Positions 26,413-39,065 of a DNA stretch of 64,000 bases are shown in pieces. The translations under genes were made by a program, and so were the position numbers. The notes under the pieces are model-generated. The model was given only the letters and a program-made list of their open reading frames with translations. It was not told where the DNA came from and searched no databases. The DNA lies in NCBI GenBank assembly GCA_951406725.2, contig OX597830.1:16926001-16990000 (forward strand), in the 5' to 3' direction. The stretch's first letter is position 1. Every line of letters begins with the position of its first letter. Source of the DNA: Octopus vulgaris. Its lineage: Eukaryota.

Positions 26413-26929
26413 TTTAAATAGGAAAGGTATTATTATTCGATCTGTGGCGTTTCTTAATTCCTTTTGTTAACTATTGTTCTTCTATGCTCGACATTTTTTT
26501 TTAACGATTCTACGAAAGTCTCACCCGAATTTCTTTTCTTTTAATTTTGTTCTTGTCAAGTCATCCTGTATGACAAGAAAAGCACATCACTGTTATTGTT
26601 TGTTGTTGCTGTCGTTAGAGGGGTGTTTCTCATTGAAATTCCAGCCAGTCACGGAAAGAGAAAAGATTAAATTGACTCACACACTGACCTCGGACACACG
26701 ACGAGACGGTGTTTTGTTTCTATGAAATTAAAATGCCTGGCTTGTACAAAATGGGAAGAAGATAATACGGTATTGATGTCGCGTAGTTGACATCTTTTCA
26801 CTTGCAACGTCTTATTAAAATAAATACTTGGGAGGAGGGGATGGTGTGTGAAAGAGGGGGTTATGTTACAAGAAAGAAAAAAAAAAAACCAGCAATAAAC
26901 AGTGATGGAATACAAATGAGATAAAATGA

Positions 26930-27070
26930 ATGGATTCGGTATTTCTGTTCGACCTTTCAAGGATTGGTTCCTCTCAGACCAATTATGGATGAGATTGGCC
27001 ACTCTGGTCGTAATCTCGTTCTAGTTTCTATCCAAGTAAGGGTGTGGCCCAAACCAAGTATCCTTTGGTA
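26930..27070 (+). mobile_element. Penelope-like RT fragment
   Basis: VPLRPIMDEIGHSGRNL resembles the PLE RT motif HK..VPLRPIVS.IGS.TYNL. Confidence 0.4.
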
Positions 27071-27601
27071 TGTTTATTCTGGCGAGCTGGCAGAAACGTT
27101 AGCACGCTGGGCGAAATGCGTAGCCGTATTTCCTCTGTCGTTACGTTCTTGGTTCAAATTCCGCCGAGGTCGACTTTACCTTTCATCCTTTCGGGGTCGA
27201 TAAATAAAGTACCAGTTTCGCACTGGGTCGATGTAATCGGCTTAATCCGTTTGTCTGTCCTTGTTTGTCCTCTCTGTGTTTAGCCCCTTGTGGGCAATAA
27301 AGAAATATATAATTACCCAGGCGTATGTATAAATATGGAGTAACTTTACATTAAGGAGCGAAACGTACAATTTCCTGAAAGTCAGACAATCTCATGATCC
27401 CAGCAGACAAAATGGAAAAGGTGCAGCCCCGGGGGGAGATGCGCAGGAAGTCACTCTGACTCATGGAGCTCGCACTTGCGGACAGCCACCTCCGCCTTGA
27501 TAACGGTGAGCAGGGGATATGGTCCGTGGAAGTGGGGGGGTCGACAACCCCGGACAGCCTTGACAGACCGAATGCGTGATTGAAACGGTTATAATAGATG
27601 A

Positions 27602-27834
27602 AAGGCGGCGAGCTGGCAGAATCGTTAGCACGCCGGGCGAAATGCTTAGCGGTATTTCGTCTGCCGTTACGTTCTGAGTTCAAATTCCGCCGCGGTCGAC
27701 TTTGCCTTTCATCCTTTCGGGGTCGATAAATTAAGTACCAGTTACGCACTGGGGTCGATATAATCGACTTAATCCGTTTGTCTGTCCTTGTTTGTCCCCT
27801 CTATGTTTAGCCCCTTATGGGCAATAAAGAAATA
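27602..27834 (+). mobile_element. Young SINE family B copy with a perfect 15-bp TSD
   Basis: GGTTATAATAGATGA at 27587-27601 and 27835-27849. Confidence 0.95.
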
Positions 27835-28825
27835 GGTTATAATAGATGACAGTTTAGTCTGACCAGCGAACAGATAGCGTTTGTTACATCATGCAGCAAA
27901 ACTTCAAAGCGATCCAGCATCTGAAAATACGACCGAAGCTCTGGCTGCACTGAGAACAGCCGCCCAGTACTTATGCCCGATCCAACCTAAACCTTAGGAT
28001 TGATCCCAGTGTATCGGAGCCCCAGCGAAATCAGATTTATAACTTATCCCTTTCCTTTCTAAGCATGAGGTGGAGGTTGTTGTGGATAGATCTGCCAAGA
28101 ATAGCGCAGGTCTACATGTTCCCGACTATAAGCGCCACCCTGTTCGTGATCACCTCACACAAATCTGCGTTCAGTACATTTGACTGCAGTGCTTGGGAAC
28201 AGGTTGTCGCAAAATCTGCCGACGATGCTCTACTTGGCAGCATCTTCTATCAGCAGCGTCATCACTCTCCAGCAATCATAGCTAAGAATGTTCCAAAGTT
28301 TGCTGCAAGTTGTGATAGACGTCTGCCAAGATAAGAGAGAGAACAAGTCTGGCATGGTCGCACAGTAGGCCTCCTAAACCAGACTATTTATCCCTCGCAT
28401 AATCACTTACCGCCAACTGCACCTGAGCTATTTTAAAATTCTACAGTTTCCGTCAAAGGAGACTTACGCGCTAAATTCTGCCGTCGAGGCCCTCCACTAT
28501 CCCCAACCAGTTAGGGGGAAATACTGCTGGTAAAGGTGCACATCTCTCAGGAACTGAATATCATGACCCCATCGCGTTTCGCCACATATTTAATAGTAAC
28601 TTTGTTAACACGCGTGTCTTTACCACCTGAGCTCACGCATTTGTGTATATTAAAGTCATCATAACGCAACCTTCTATTTTCTCCGGTCGCCATATCTTAT
28701 GTAACATTTGTTCAAGGTCACAGATTTTAGAAGGAAGGTGTGTCGGTATTCCATCAATTGTCCGACGATGACAAAGTCTGTGTTCTCTGCGATGAGAGTG
28801 CATGTGACTCCGCAGTCCAAAGCTG

Positions 28826-29248
28826 GGACCTTTTCGGTTTGAACGGCAGTTTTTAACATAATTTCTAGGTAACTAAAAAAATTTAAACTTCGTATATTGG
28901 TAGAATGTGTTTATAAAACATCTTTTTCTCTTGGCTTTATTAAGAAAAGTCTATAGTTTGTAGGATATTTGTTGTTTTTCCTTCAATTTCTGCAATTTCA
29001 ACCAATCAGTGACGTCTATTGAGGCAAAAAACATTGTGCCGTATGAATATGTCCCTCGTTTAAGAAACAGATTGGGTTTATTTACATTTCTGAAGAAAAA
29101 ATAAATACCCTTCCGCCACCCCTAACCTTAACTAACCTTAACCCTAAAACAGATTGAAATGCAACAGATCGATTCTAGGGTCATAATTATGGGTGACAAT
29201 TTCATATGACACCGCTAGAAAAAACTGCCGTTCAAACCGAAAAGATCC
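28826..29248. mobile_element. MITE family 1 with exact 8-bp TSD CAAAGCTG
   Basis: TSD at 28818-28825 and 29249-29256. Confidence 0.93.
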
Positions 29249-31794
29249 CAAAGCTGGAAAAGTACACAAGCGCTCTCAGGTGTCACAACGAGTCTGTTGT
29301 CTGGATTGAAGCGGGCGTTAACCTGCGACGTCTGACTCTTGAAGCAGTGAGTCTCTGTCGCCGAAAATAGCTATAACTCGTGAGGTGAGAGGGACGGTGT
29401 AACTGTTTAAATCGTCACCAGTTCTGTATTTATCGACTCTTCCATCACCCCACAAAGAACGAAAATCCAAGTTAATTATAATCAGATTTGAACTCAGTGC
29501 CGTAACTAAATAACGATTCTGCCAATCAACCATTCCATCTGCTAGAAGCATTAGCTAATTCTCCCTCAAATCACACACTGCTCTCTTTAAAATGAAGAAC
29601 GGATACATTCGGATTAACTGATACAGGAACTGCCATGGCCAGGTGCCACAGTTGTTTTGGCTTGGTTGCCCTTGTTAATGCCAACCACTTTACAGATTGT
29701 ACTGGGAGCTTTTTACAGACACCAGCAACCACACCAATGCTTTTTTTTATGTGGTATCTTGGTTTTTGTTCAAAGGTGGAATAAACTGATTTGAGGAAAA
29801 ATAAAAGTCGAACATACAGATCACCACCAGGTCCAGACCTTGTTGCAGTGTGGTAGCTTTCGTGCCAAAATGATTCCCAAGAGTTTATGTCATTTGAGGG
29901 CAACCGACTCCCCGGTAGGGCATTCAACACTGAACAGATCAAAAGATAGGGGCCAAACTAATATGGACCACCTCTTTTCAAACGTAAAAGTGAATTTGCG
30001 TAAAGCCAACGTCTCTACATAGAAAATAAAAAAAAGCAAAGTCAAAGGGCATTGACAATAATTCAAAACGAACAAGACCTGAGAGAGGAAGGTTTGCCTT
30101 CAGGGGAGATGGGATACAGAGGAAGAGTTGAAAAAAACAGGGATCCAACCGGAGAGAAAGCAGAAAAATCAACCCAAGTCGTCGGGGGCCTATACTTCAT
30201 AGGAAACGAAGGGCTAAAATAAGGAAAGTATCCCATACAGAACACATTTTTCTTTTTCGTATTGTCTCATCTCTTTTACTGAGTCAGTTTTCAAGAAGAG
30301 CGGTATGAGGGGGGATAACTGTAATGTGAAACGGCAGCGTACTCCAACGGGTGATTCAAGTCGCCCACCCGTCGTTCGAAGGTGTTGTGTTGGTAGTAAT
30401 ATAAAAATGCTAAAATAGATAATATTGATATAACAGATGGCAGTTGTACGTCGACAGATGTCGCTTCAAATGTCGTCAGAATCCCACGGTTGGGCGTGGG
30501 CGTTGGGATTCTACTCTACCAGCCACATTAATACATCGCATGTTGATATAGATTGGAAATCGATTAACTCAACGCCCCCCCCCTCGAAGTACTTGATTGA
30601 CACTTCATTTTATCGACCCCCGGGAAGAACGAATTTAAAGTTGGTATCAGTTGAGATTTGAACTCAGAATGTCGGCATTTTCTCAATCGCATTCCGATTC
30701 TTGCAATCCAAATCCATACCCTTCGTCTTCTAAATTATTTGTGATATTAATTATAACTGGGTTTTAATTGTTGGGTGAAAGTTTAATCTCCATTCAATTA
30801 TCTCAGTTTTGTTCGTTTGTTCACATCCAATTGCATTCATGTAATTGTACACACACACACACACACACACACATTTGCTATAAATCATTTATGACAAATT
30901 AAAAATACCCTGTTGATGTTGAAATTTCAATGAAGGTGCTTTGGATCTATGTTAGAAACCGGCTCTTTATAGGCGTAGGGGCGGCTATGTGGTAAGCAGC
31001 TTGCTTACGAACCACATGGTTCCGGGTTCAGTCCCACTGCGTGGCACCTTGGGCAAGTGTCTTCTACTATAGCCTCGGGCCGACCAAAGCCTTGTAGACG
31101 GAAACTGAAAGAAGCCCGTCGTATATATGTATATATATATATATATATATATACGTTTATATATTTGTTGTGCAAGATATTTTATGTGAAGTCGTGTGTT
31201 GAAACAGATATTGTTATATTTCGGAATGGTCATTTTGCCAGTTTAGCCAATAAAAACACACGCACTATATATTTGGTGTTACTTGTGTATGTTTATGTCC
31301 CCGTAACTTAGCGGTTCGGCAAAAGAGACCGATAGAATAAGTACTAGGCTTACAAAGAATAAGTCCTGGGATAGATGTGCTCGATTAAAGGCGGTGCTCC
31401 AGCATGACCACAGTCAAATGACTGAAACAAGTAAGAGAGTAAGGAGAGTAAAGAGATGTTGAAATAAAACCGAATAACAACCACACACACACACACACAC
31501 ACACAGGCATGTGTATATACATGCATACGTGTGTGTGTGTGTGTGTGTAGGGGCCGACAAAAAGGAATATGTAAATACTTCAGAGAAAGAAAAACGTGTA
31601 GAAATATTTTAATACTAAATTTCTTCAGACATCACAGGATTTACAAGTTACCTTTAACATTTTTTTTTTTTTGCTGCCTTTTTTCTATTTTGGTCTGTGG
31701 GGCAAAGCAGTCCAGTAAATTTACTACAGATCAGTGTTAGGTGTGGAGTGTCATCAAGAGATTTAATAGGATGGTTTTTCTTTGAAGTTACTTT

Positions 31795-32230
31795 GGATCT
31801 TTTCGGTTTGAACGGCAGTTTTTTCTAGCGGTGTCATATGAAATTGTCACCCATAATTATGACCCTAGTATCGATCTATTGCATTTCAATCTCTTTTAGG
31901 GTTAGGGTTAGTTAGTGTTAGTACCATGTTAGAGGTGGGGGGAAGGGTATCTTTTTTTCTTCACAAATGTAAATAAACCCAATCTGTTTCTTAAACGAGG
32001 GACATATTCATACGGCACAGAATGTGTTTTACCTCAATGGACGTCATTGATTGGTTGAAATTGCAGAAATTGAAGAAAAGAACAACAAATATCTTACAAA
32101 CTATAGAATTTTCTCAAGAAAGCCAAGAGAAAAGATGTTTTATAAACACATTGTACCAGTATACGAAGTTTAAAATTTTTTAGTTACCTAGAAATTATGT
32201 TAAAAACTGCTGTTCAAACCGAAAAGATCC
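31795..32230. mobile_element. MITE family 1 (opposite orientation)
   Basis: TIRs present; TSD GTTACTTT / GGTACTTT. Confidence 0.92.
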
Positions 32231-32609
32231 GGTACTTTTACTTGCCAAATATACCGAGACGTGCAACACACGTCCATTTTACCTGCCATACATACAGTAC
32301 GTGGAAATGATGAATTTTTTTTTTTCAACATGATGGTGCAACGTCACACTACTGTCGAGACGTGCAAGCTTACCTGGGTGAGCATTTGCAAATACAATGG
32401 ATAAGATGAAGAGATGCAGTTGATTTTTCTCACACATTCTCCTGACTTACAGACTATCACTTACGGGGTGCCCTAAAGGATGTCGTGTATCGCAGGTAAC
32501 TGGCTACACTAAGGACCCTTCGGGAACAAATTGAAACCGCATGTGCAGTAATCTTAGTGGACACTTTGGCCAATGCTGCCCAAGCATTAGTTCGCTGAAC
32601 TAATAAGTA

Positions 32610-33138
32610 CCGTAAATCCTCGAGTATAATCCGCATTTTCCCCCCAAATTTTAAAGGTCAAAATCCCTAGTGCGTACTATATACGAGGTTAAAAATGAAA
32701 AATATTTTCTAAGCAATGTCCGAGTCTCTATTTGCTGTCCGGCAATGTTTATTCAGACGCATTTTGTGATGTCAGGCGCGAAAATACCTTAAGCTACGCC
32801 CGAAAGCAATGAAGTCATAAAAGAATCATCCATAACTTGCAGTAAGCAACATTTATTAAAATAAAAGTATTCAGAACACAGAATAACATGTAACAAAAAC
32901 AACTTACAAACATATTTACATTCCCATATAACAGTTAAGAACGTCACCATTATTGTATTACGCATACGCGGAAGTGATTGTTCAACGAGGTGCTGCTGAC
33001 TTAATTACGCATGACTCAAGTTAAAGAAGGGATGCGTATTATACACAAGGTTTAGGTTTTTCAAAGGTACAGCCCCCCCCCCCCAATCCCCTGCGTATCA
33101 TATATACTCAAGGGCGGACTATACTCTAAGATTTACGG
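32610..33138. mobile_element. Tc2/pogo-type non-autonomous DNA transposon
   Basis: TA-CCGTAAATCCTCGAGTATAATCCGC ... GCGGACTATACTCTAAGATTTACGG-TA, with internal subterminal repeats. Confidence 0.8.
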
Positions 33139-33235
33139 TATCTGGAATATAATGGCTTTGAGCACCTCCTCTAATAGAAGCTGCAGGTAACTCGATTTAA
33201 GCCCGTGATATCTCTCACACACACATATATATATA

Positions 33236-33420
33236 CACGGGGGGGGGGGGTGCTGAAAAGTTCCTGGCTTTGGGTAAAAGAAAATAGAGTAGGATCAGTT
33301 TATTATGATTTGATTCAACATATTCCACTCTCAGATTCACACACTTATTGCAGCGGTCGTCGAGCTTTTCTAAGCCCTGTAAAAGAACTCGGAAAGTTGG
33401 GCCGCTTTCGCTACACCCTT
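33236..33420. mobile_element. Mariner-type terminal fragment
   Basis: TACACGGGGG..GTGCTGAAAAGTTCCTGGCTTT resembles mariner TIR starts. Confidence 0.5.
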
Positions 33421-33592
33421 AAACTATATTTTCAGCCGTCATGCTGGAGCACCGCTTTGAGGAATTTTAGTCGAACTAATCGACCTGAGGACTTATTCCT
33501 AGTGGTCTCTTTTGCTAAACCGCTAAATTACAGGGACGTAAACATACCAACACCGACTGTCAGGCGGTGACGGGGAAGACAAACACACACAT

Positions 33593-33667
33593 ATATGCTA
33601 CTACCACCGAGATCTGCACCCGCGGTCGGCTTCACTCGGGCTCGCGCCCGCGGTTTCCAGGCACATC

Positions 33668-33668
<1 letters not shown>
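33593..33668 (-). pseudogene. 28S rRNA fragment (about 76 nt) embedded in a SINE A copy
   Basis: Minus strand GGGCGCGAGCCCGAGTGAAGCCGACCGCGGGTGCAGATCTCGGTGGTAGTAGCATATAT matches the conserved LSU core GGTGCAGATCTTGGTGGTAGTAGCAAATAT. Confidence 0.88.
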
Positions 33669-33721
<53 letters not shown>

Positions 33722-34169
33722 CGGGCTTTTTCAGTTTCCGTCTATCAAATCCACTCACAAGGCTTTGGTCGGCCCGGGGCTATAGTAAAAGACACTTGCC
33801 CAAGGTACCAGGCAGTGGGACTGAACCCGGAAAAGTGTGGTTGGAAAGGAAACTTCTTACCACACGGTCACGCCTACACCTAAATAAATGAATATATATA
33901 TATACACACACACACACACAAATATTATTTTACTAACAGCAAACCACAGCATGCATTAGTCAGAAATGGGACCGTAGGCCAGTAAAACATCCGGGAAAAT
34001 ATTCTGTGGGCCCAAACCATGAAGACGGCACTGCCGAAACCCGCCCCCAATGGCCGCTATCGACACACGACATTTTACATGCTGCATTTGTGCCCGTGTC
34101 ATGGTACACCTAGCCATACATTCATACAAACTGATTTGTAGCCATAAACTTGTTTTTCTGCTACACTAA

Positions 34170-34530
34170 GGCGGCGAGCTGGCAGAAACGTTTGCCGCTA
34201 CGTTCTCAGTTCAAATTCCGCCGAGGTCGACTTTGCCTTTCATCCTTTCGGGGTCGATTAAATAAGTACCAGTTACACACTCGGGTCGATGTAATCGATT
34301 TAATCCTTTTGCCTATCCTTGTTTGTCCCCTCTGTATTTAGCCCCTTGTGGGTAGAAAAGAAATAGGTATTTCGTCCGTTCTTATGTTCCCAGTTCAAAT
34401 TCCGCCGAGATCGACTTTGCCTTTCATCCTTCGGGGTCGATAAATTAAGTACCAGCTTCCCAATGAGGTCGATGTAATCGACTCATCCCCTCCCCCAAAT
34501 TGCTGCCCTTATGGCAAAATTTGAAACCAT
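34170..34530 (+). mobile_element. SINE family B dimer
   Basis: Same AAAGAAATAG|GTATTTCGTC junction as the other dimers. Confidence 0.8.
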
Positions 34531-34974
34531 TATTTTTCTTCTATCGAGAGTAATATGAGATCCAACGATGATATAGGATTGCCAACATTTCTCGTCAGCC
34601 AACATACAATACTCCACTTCGCACCAAGTGAGCGGTGAAAAACACATTATTTACACTCACAATTAAATGGGAGTCAAACCAGTTTGTACGAATTATATTT
34701 CCCACACTTTTCTTCAATTGGACAGACAACGATAAAATAACAATTTATTTATAAAACTATTCACGTATTTGTTTTGCCGCGATTTTTTAAAATATAATTT
34801 GCGTTAAAGAAATGAAATCTGGTTGAACGGTTAAGAAGTTCGCTTTACATTCAGGTGGCTTCGGTTTCAATCCCATTGCACGGCAATTTGGGCAAGTGTC
34901 TTCTATTGTATCCCCGGCCCGACTAATTCCTTGTGAGTGAATGCACTACATAGAAACTGTGTGGAAGCCGTGTC

Positions 34975-35022
<48 letters not shown>

Positions 35023-35140
35023 TGTGTGTGTTTGCTTCACGTCTACTGTTAGACAACCGGTGTTGGTTGTTTACGTCCCCGTAACTTACAGGTTTCGGCG
35101 AAAAAGACCGATAGGACAAGTACCAAAGTTTTAAAAAATA

Positions 35141-35335
35141 AGGGTAAATTTTTATCCATCTTTTGATCAATTTTTTCACCCGCACGATTTTCACTAAAGA
35201 AAAAAAAAACTCGGATTTTTTGCGTGGAATCAAGTACCCTGACCTCCTAATATATTGCAAACTCCTTATTTTTGTTTGGAAAAAAAAAAGGGGGGACCTC
35301 ACCCCACCCATATCCTGGAGTCATTGGTAATCCGA
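35141..35335. repeat. Unclassified interspersed repeat (inverted copy at about 41260-41480)
   Basis: CACCCGCACGATTTTCA...CTCGGATTTTTTGCGTGGAATCAAGTACCCTGACCTC is present in both orientations. Confidence 0.7.
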
Positions 35336-35847
35336 GGTTGCTTTTTGCTAAATGAAAATCATACGGGTGGAAGAAAGCGGTCAACTTGGTCGGCAATGCC
35401 CCCAGCATGTCCGCAGACAAATCACCAAAACGATTAAAAGAAAAAGATAATGCATGATCATGTTGAAAAAAATGCATTCTTCAAAATTTTTGCCATGCAC
35501 AAAAAACATTACTGATAAAACGGGGCAGTCAAGAGTTTTCCACTTTGTTTTCTAAACCATTTATTTTAAAACCTTTTTTAAACGTCCATACGAAATGCAT
35601 CGGCAGTTTTGGTTTTTAAAATTTGATCTGTCGTGCAACCAAGATGGCAAAGTGATGACCATGAAGGTATCGGTACACAGGACAAAGGACATCAGTTTGT
35701 ATTTTATCAGCGAGACTGCACTGTGTGTATGTGTGGCCGACACATACGTTATCAACCTGGATATCAACAGATCTGTAAATTACACCACTAAATACCAGCG
35801 GCAATATTGTTAAACCCACGAGTAATTCATTTATTTATAGTGCTAAA

Positions 35848-36672
35848 GGATCTTTTCGGTTTGAACGGCAGTTTTTAACATGATTTCTAGGTAACTAAAA
35901 AATTTTAAACTTCGTATACTGGTAGAATGTGTTTATAAAGCATCATTTTCTCTTGGCTTTATTGAGAAAATTCTATGGTTTGTAAGATATTTGTTGTTTT
36001 TTTTTCTTCAATTTCTGCAATTTCAACCAATCAATGACGTCCATTGAGGTAAAAAAAACATTCTGTGTCGTATGAATATGTCCCTCGTTTAAGAAACAGA
36101 TTGGGTTTATTTACATTTGTGAAGAAAAAAAAGATACCCTAACCTTAAAATAGATTGAAATGCAATAGATCGAAACTAGGGTCATAATTATGGGTGACAA
36201 TTTCATATGACACCGCTAGAAAAAATTGCCGGGCGATCTTCGTCTCTAGTAGACCTTACCGTCGATTTCCGTAAAAAAAATTTTTTTTTTACATATGGGC
36301 TTGCGGGAACTTTTGAAGTAATATACATACATATACACAAACACCGAGTAAAAAATTTCAGTTATCTCTTTCTTTCACACATTACTCTGTCTCTTCACAC
36401 ACACTAACAGAAGCACTTCACTTACACAACATACTGTCTGTCTCCTACACCCCCATCAAACACACACACACGTACATCAATGCTCCCATGCACAGTAACT
36501 TCAAAAGAATTTCCCTCGTCATACAATCGCTTTCTCTTAGTCTCTTTCGCTCTCATTACTTCAAAAGTTCCCGCAAGCCCATATGTAAAAAAAAAAAAAT
36601 TTTTATGGAAATCGACGGAAAGGTCTACTAGAGACGAAAGATTGCCAACTGCCGTTCAAACCGAAAAGATCC
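35848..36672. mobile_element. MITE family 1 with exact TSD GTGCTAAA, carrying a nested MITE 2
   Basis: TSD at 35840-35847 and 36673-36680. Confidence 0.93.
36232..36646. mobile_element. MITE family 2 (GG termini, about 90-bp TIR, 8-bp TSD)
   Basis: GGCGATCTTCGTCTCTAGTAGACC...GGTCTACTAGAGACGAAAGATTGCC, TSD AATTGCCG / AACTGCCG. Confidence 0.92.
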
Positions 36673-37093
36673 GTGCTAAATTCAATTCTTTCAGCGAGTA
36701 AAGTTACCTTGCTAGCGTCACATCCAGGTGAATATATCTTTCCCATACGCAAACCAAAACCTGCTAACACAGGCCGAGTAAATTCATAGAGATTCATTTA
36801 TAAAGGGATAAGAATGCCTGCAATGGAACATCGTGAAATAGTACGCTGTTGCTATAAGGAGTCACAGCGAGCTGAAACAATATGGTATTGTAATGAGCAC
36901 AATGGTTTTAGTTTTGTGTTGCCGTGATGCCAGAAAAATGCACAGCACAGGCAAAAGGTTAACCTATAAAGCGCGGGGATTTGCACTTACATAGCATGGG
37001 CTGCTGAGCATATTTTATGAAAATGAGACTACCATACACACATAAAAAATACAAAAAAGTTAAAATATCTTCTTAGTGTACAATGATGGCAAG

Positions 37094-37143
<50 letters not shown>

Positions 37144-37999
37144 TTATATAGTGGTTGTGTGGTAAGTAGCTTGCTTACGAACCACACGGTTCCGGGTTCA
37201 GTCCCACTGCGTGGCACGTTGGGTAAGTGTCTTCTACTATAGCCTCGGGCCGACCAAAGCCTTGTGAGTGGATTTGGTAGACGGAAACTGGAAGAAGCCT
37301 GTCGTATATATGTAAATGTACCTGTGTTTGTCCCCTCAACATCGCTTGACAACTGATTCTGGTGTGTTTACGTCCCAGTAACTTAGCGGTTCAGCAAAAG
37401 AGACCGATAGAATAAGTACTGGACTTACAAAGAATAAGTCCTGAGGTCGATTTGCTCGACTAAAGGCGGTGCTCCAGCATGGCCACAGTCAAATGACTGA
37501 AACAAGTAAAAAGAGTAAAAAGAGTACAGGCTCGAAACGTAAGAGACTTTTTCACTTTCCCGAGCATCAAACTATTACACCTGTCTTCGTCCTTTGATTT
37601 TCTATGAATTTCAATTACACACACACACACACACTGGCATTTACTTATTATTTATTTGCTAATTCGAACGAAATGTACGTATAAACAATTCGTTTTTCTT
37701 ATCGCTGTGGAATTTCTTTCTTTTTTTTTTTTTGTTTGCAGGGTGGGGTATGTGCATAAATTTTGATATTTGTTTATCTTCGAATTAGACAAAAAGAAAA
37801 CGAAAGCTGTTGCCAGCCGACAGACGAAATGATACAAGTTGCAACTTGACTGACCAGAAGTGAATCCCTGCAATGAAGGATCGCCAAGAATTCCACCAAG
37901 CTAGTGTGGAGGAAGGAAATGGAATTATTCAATCAGACATTATATATATATAATGCCTTGTGAGTGGATTTGGTAGACGGAAACTGAAAGAAGCCTGTC

Positions 38000-38059
<60 letters not shown>

Positions 38060-38646
38060 TTGTGTTTGTCCCCCTAGCATTGCTTGACAACCGATGCTGG
38101 TGTGTTTACGTCCCCGTCACTTAGCGGTTCGGCAAAAAGAGACCGATAGCATAAGTACTGGGCTTACAAAGAATAAGTCCCGGGGTCGATTTGTTCGACT
38201 AAAGGCGGTGCTCCAGCATGGCCGCAGTCAAATGACTGAAACAAGTAAAAGAGTATATATATATATAGATCAATCATGTGATTCTATCAATCGTATTTTT
38301 AAAAATTCGTTTACATCCTCCAAACATTAACAATCGAAGGAGCCCCCTACGTGTCGTTCGACTCGCGACAGACAGCCGTTAAATCTTTCACAAATTATAC
38401 TGCAGCCCTCTTTTAAAAAAGGGTGAACGGCGACACAAGATAATGTCTCCTTAACAAAAAGAAGGGGAAAAAAAGCAATGTTCATGGCTGCACTCAATAT
38501 TTTTAGTCGGGGATCATTTCATTAAACTATATCATTATCATGGTTATTTGAATAACTTTGTTTCAAGAACTCATATTGCAATAAAGCCTCCCAGAGGTTA
38601 ATTAAGGCCAATTGGACAAATCTAAAAAAGTATTGCCAAATTTATA

Positions 38647-39065
38647 GGATCTTTTCGGCTTGAACGGCAGTTTTTTCTAGCAGTGTCATATGAAATTGTC
38701 ACCCATAATTATGACCCTAGTATCGATCTATTTTGCATTTCAATCTGTTTTAGGGTTAGGTTAAGGGGAAGGGTATCTTTTTTTCTTCACAAATATAAAT
38801 AAACCCAATCTGTTTCTTAAACGAGGGACATTTTCATACGGCACAGAATGTTTTTTTTACCTCAATGGACGTCATTGATCGGTTGAAATTGCAAAAATTG
38901 AAGAAAAAAACAACAACAAATATTGTACAAACTATAGAATTTTCTCAATAAAGCAAAGAGAAAAAGATGTTTTATAAACACATTCTACCAGTATACGAAG
39001 ATTAAAAGTATTTAGTTACGTGGAAATTTTTTTTAAAAAAACTGCCGTTCAAACCGAAAAGATCC
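38647..39065. mobile_element. MITE family 1
   Basis: Both TIRs present. Confidence 0.9.

Larger units (their letters stand above)
27350..30430 (-). mobile_element. Degenerate Tx1/L1-clade LINE (ORF1 remnant, endonuclease and RT), interrupted by a SINE and a MITE
   Basis: Minus-strand frames read MPDLF..LADVYHNLQQ, GVMTLL, LNADL, TCAILGRSIHNNLHLM, GAPIHWDQS, HKYWAAVL and SVCQGCP, which are Tx1-type RT motifs with stops and frameshifts. The 5' boundary is approximate. Confidence 0.8.
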
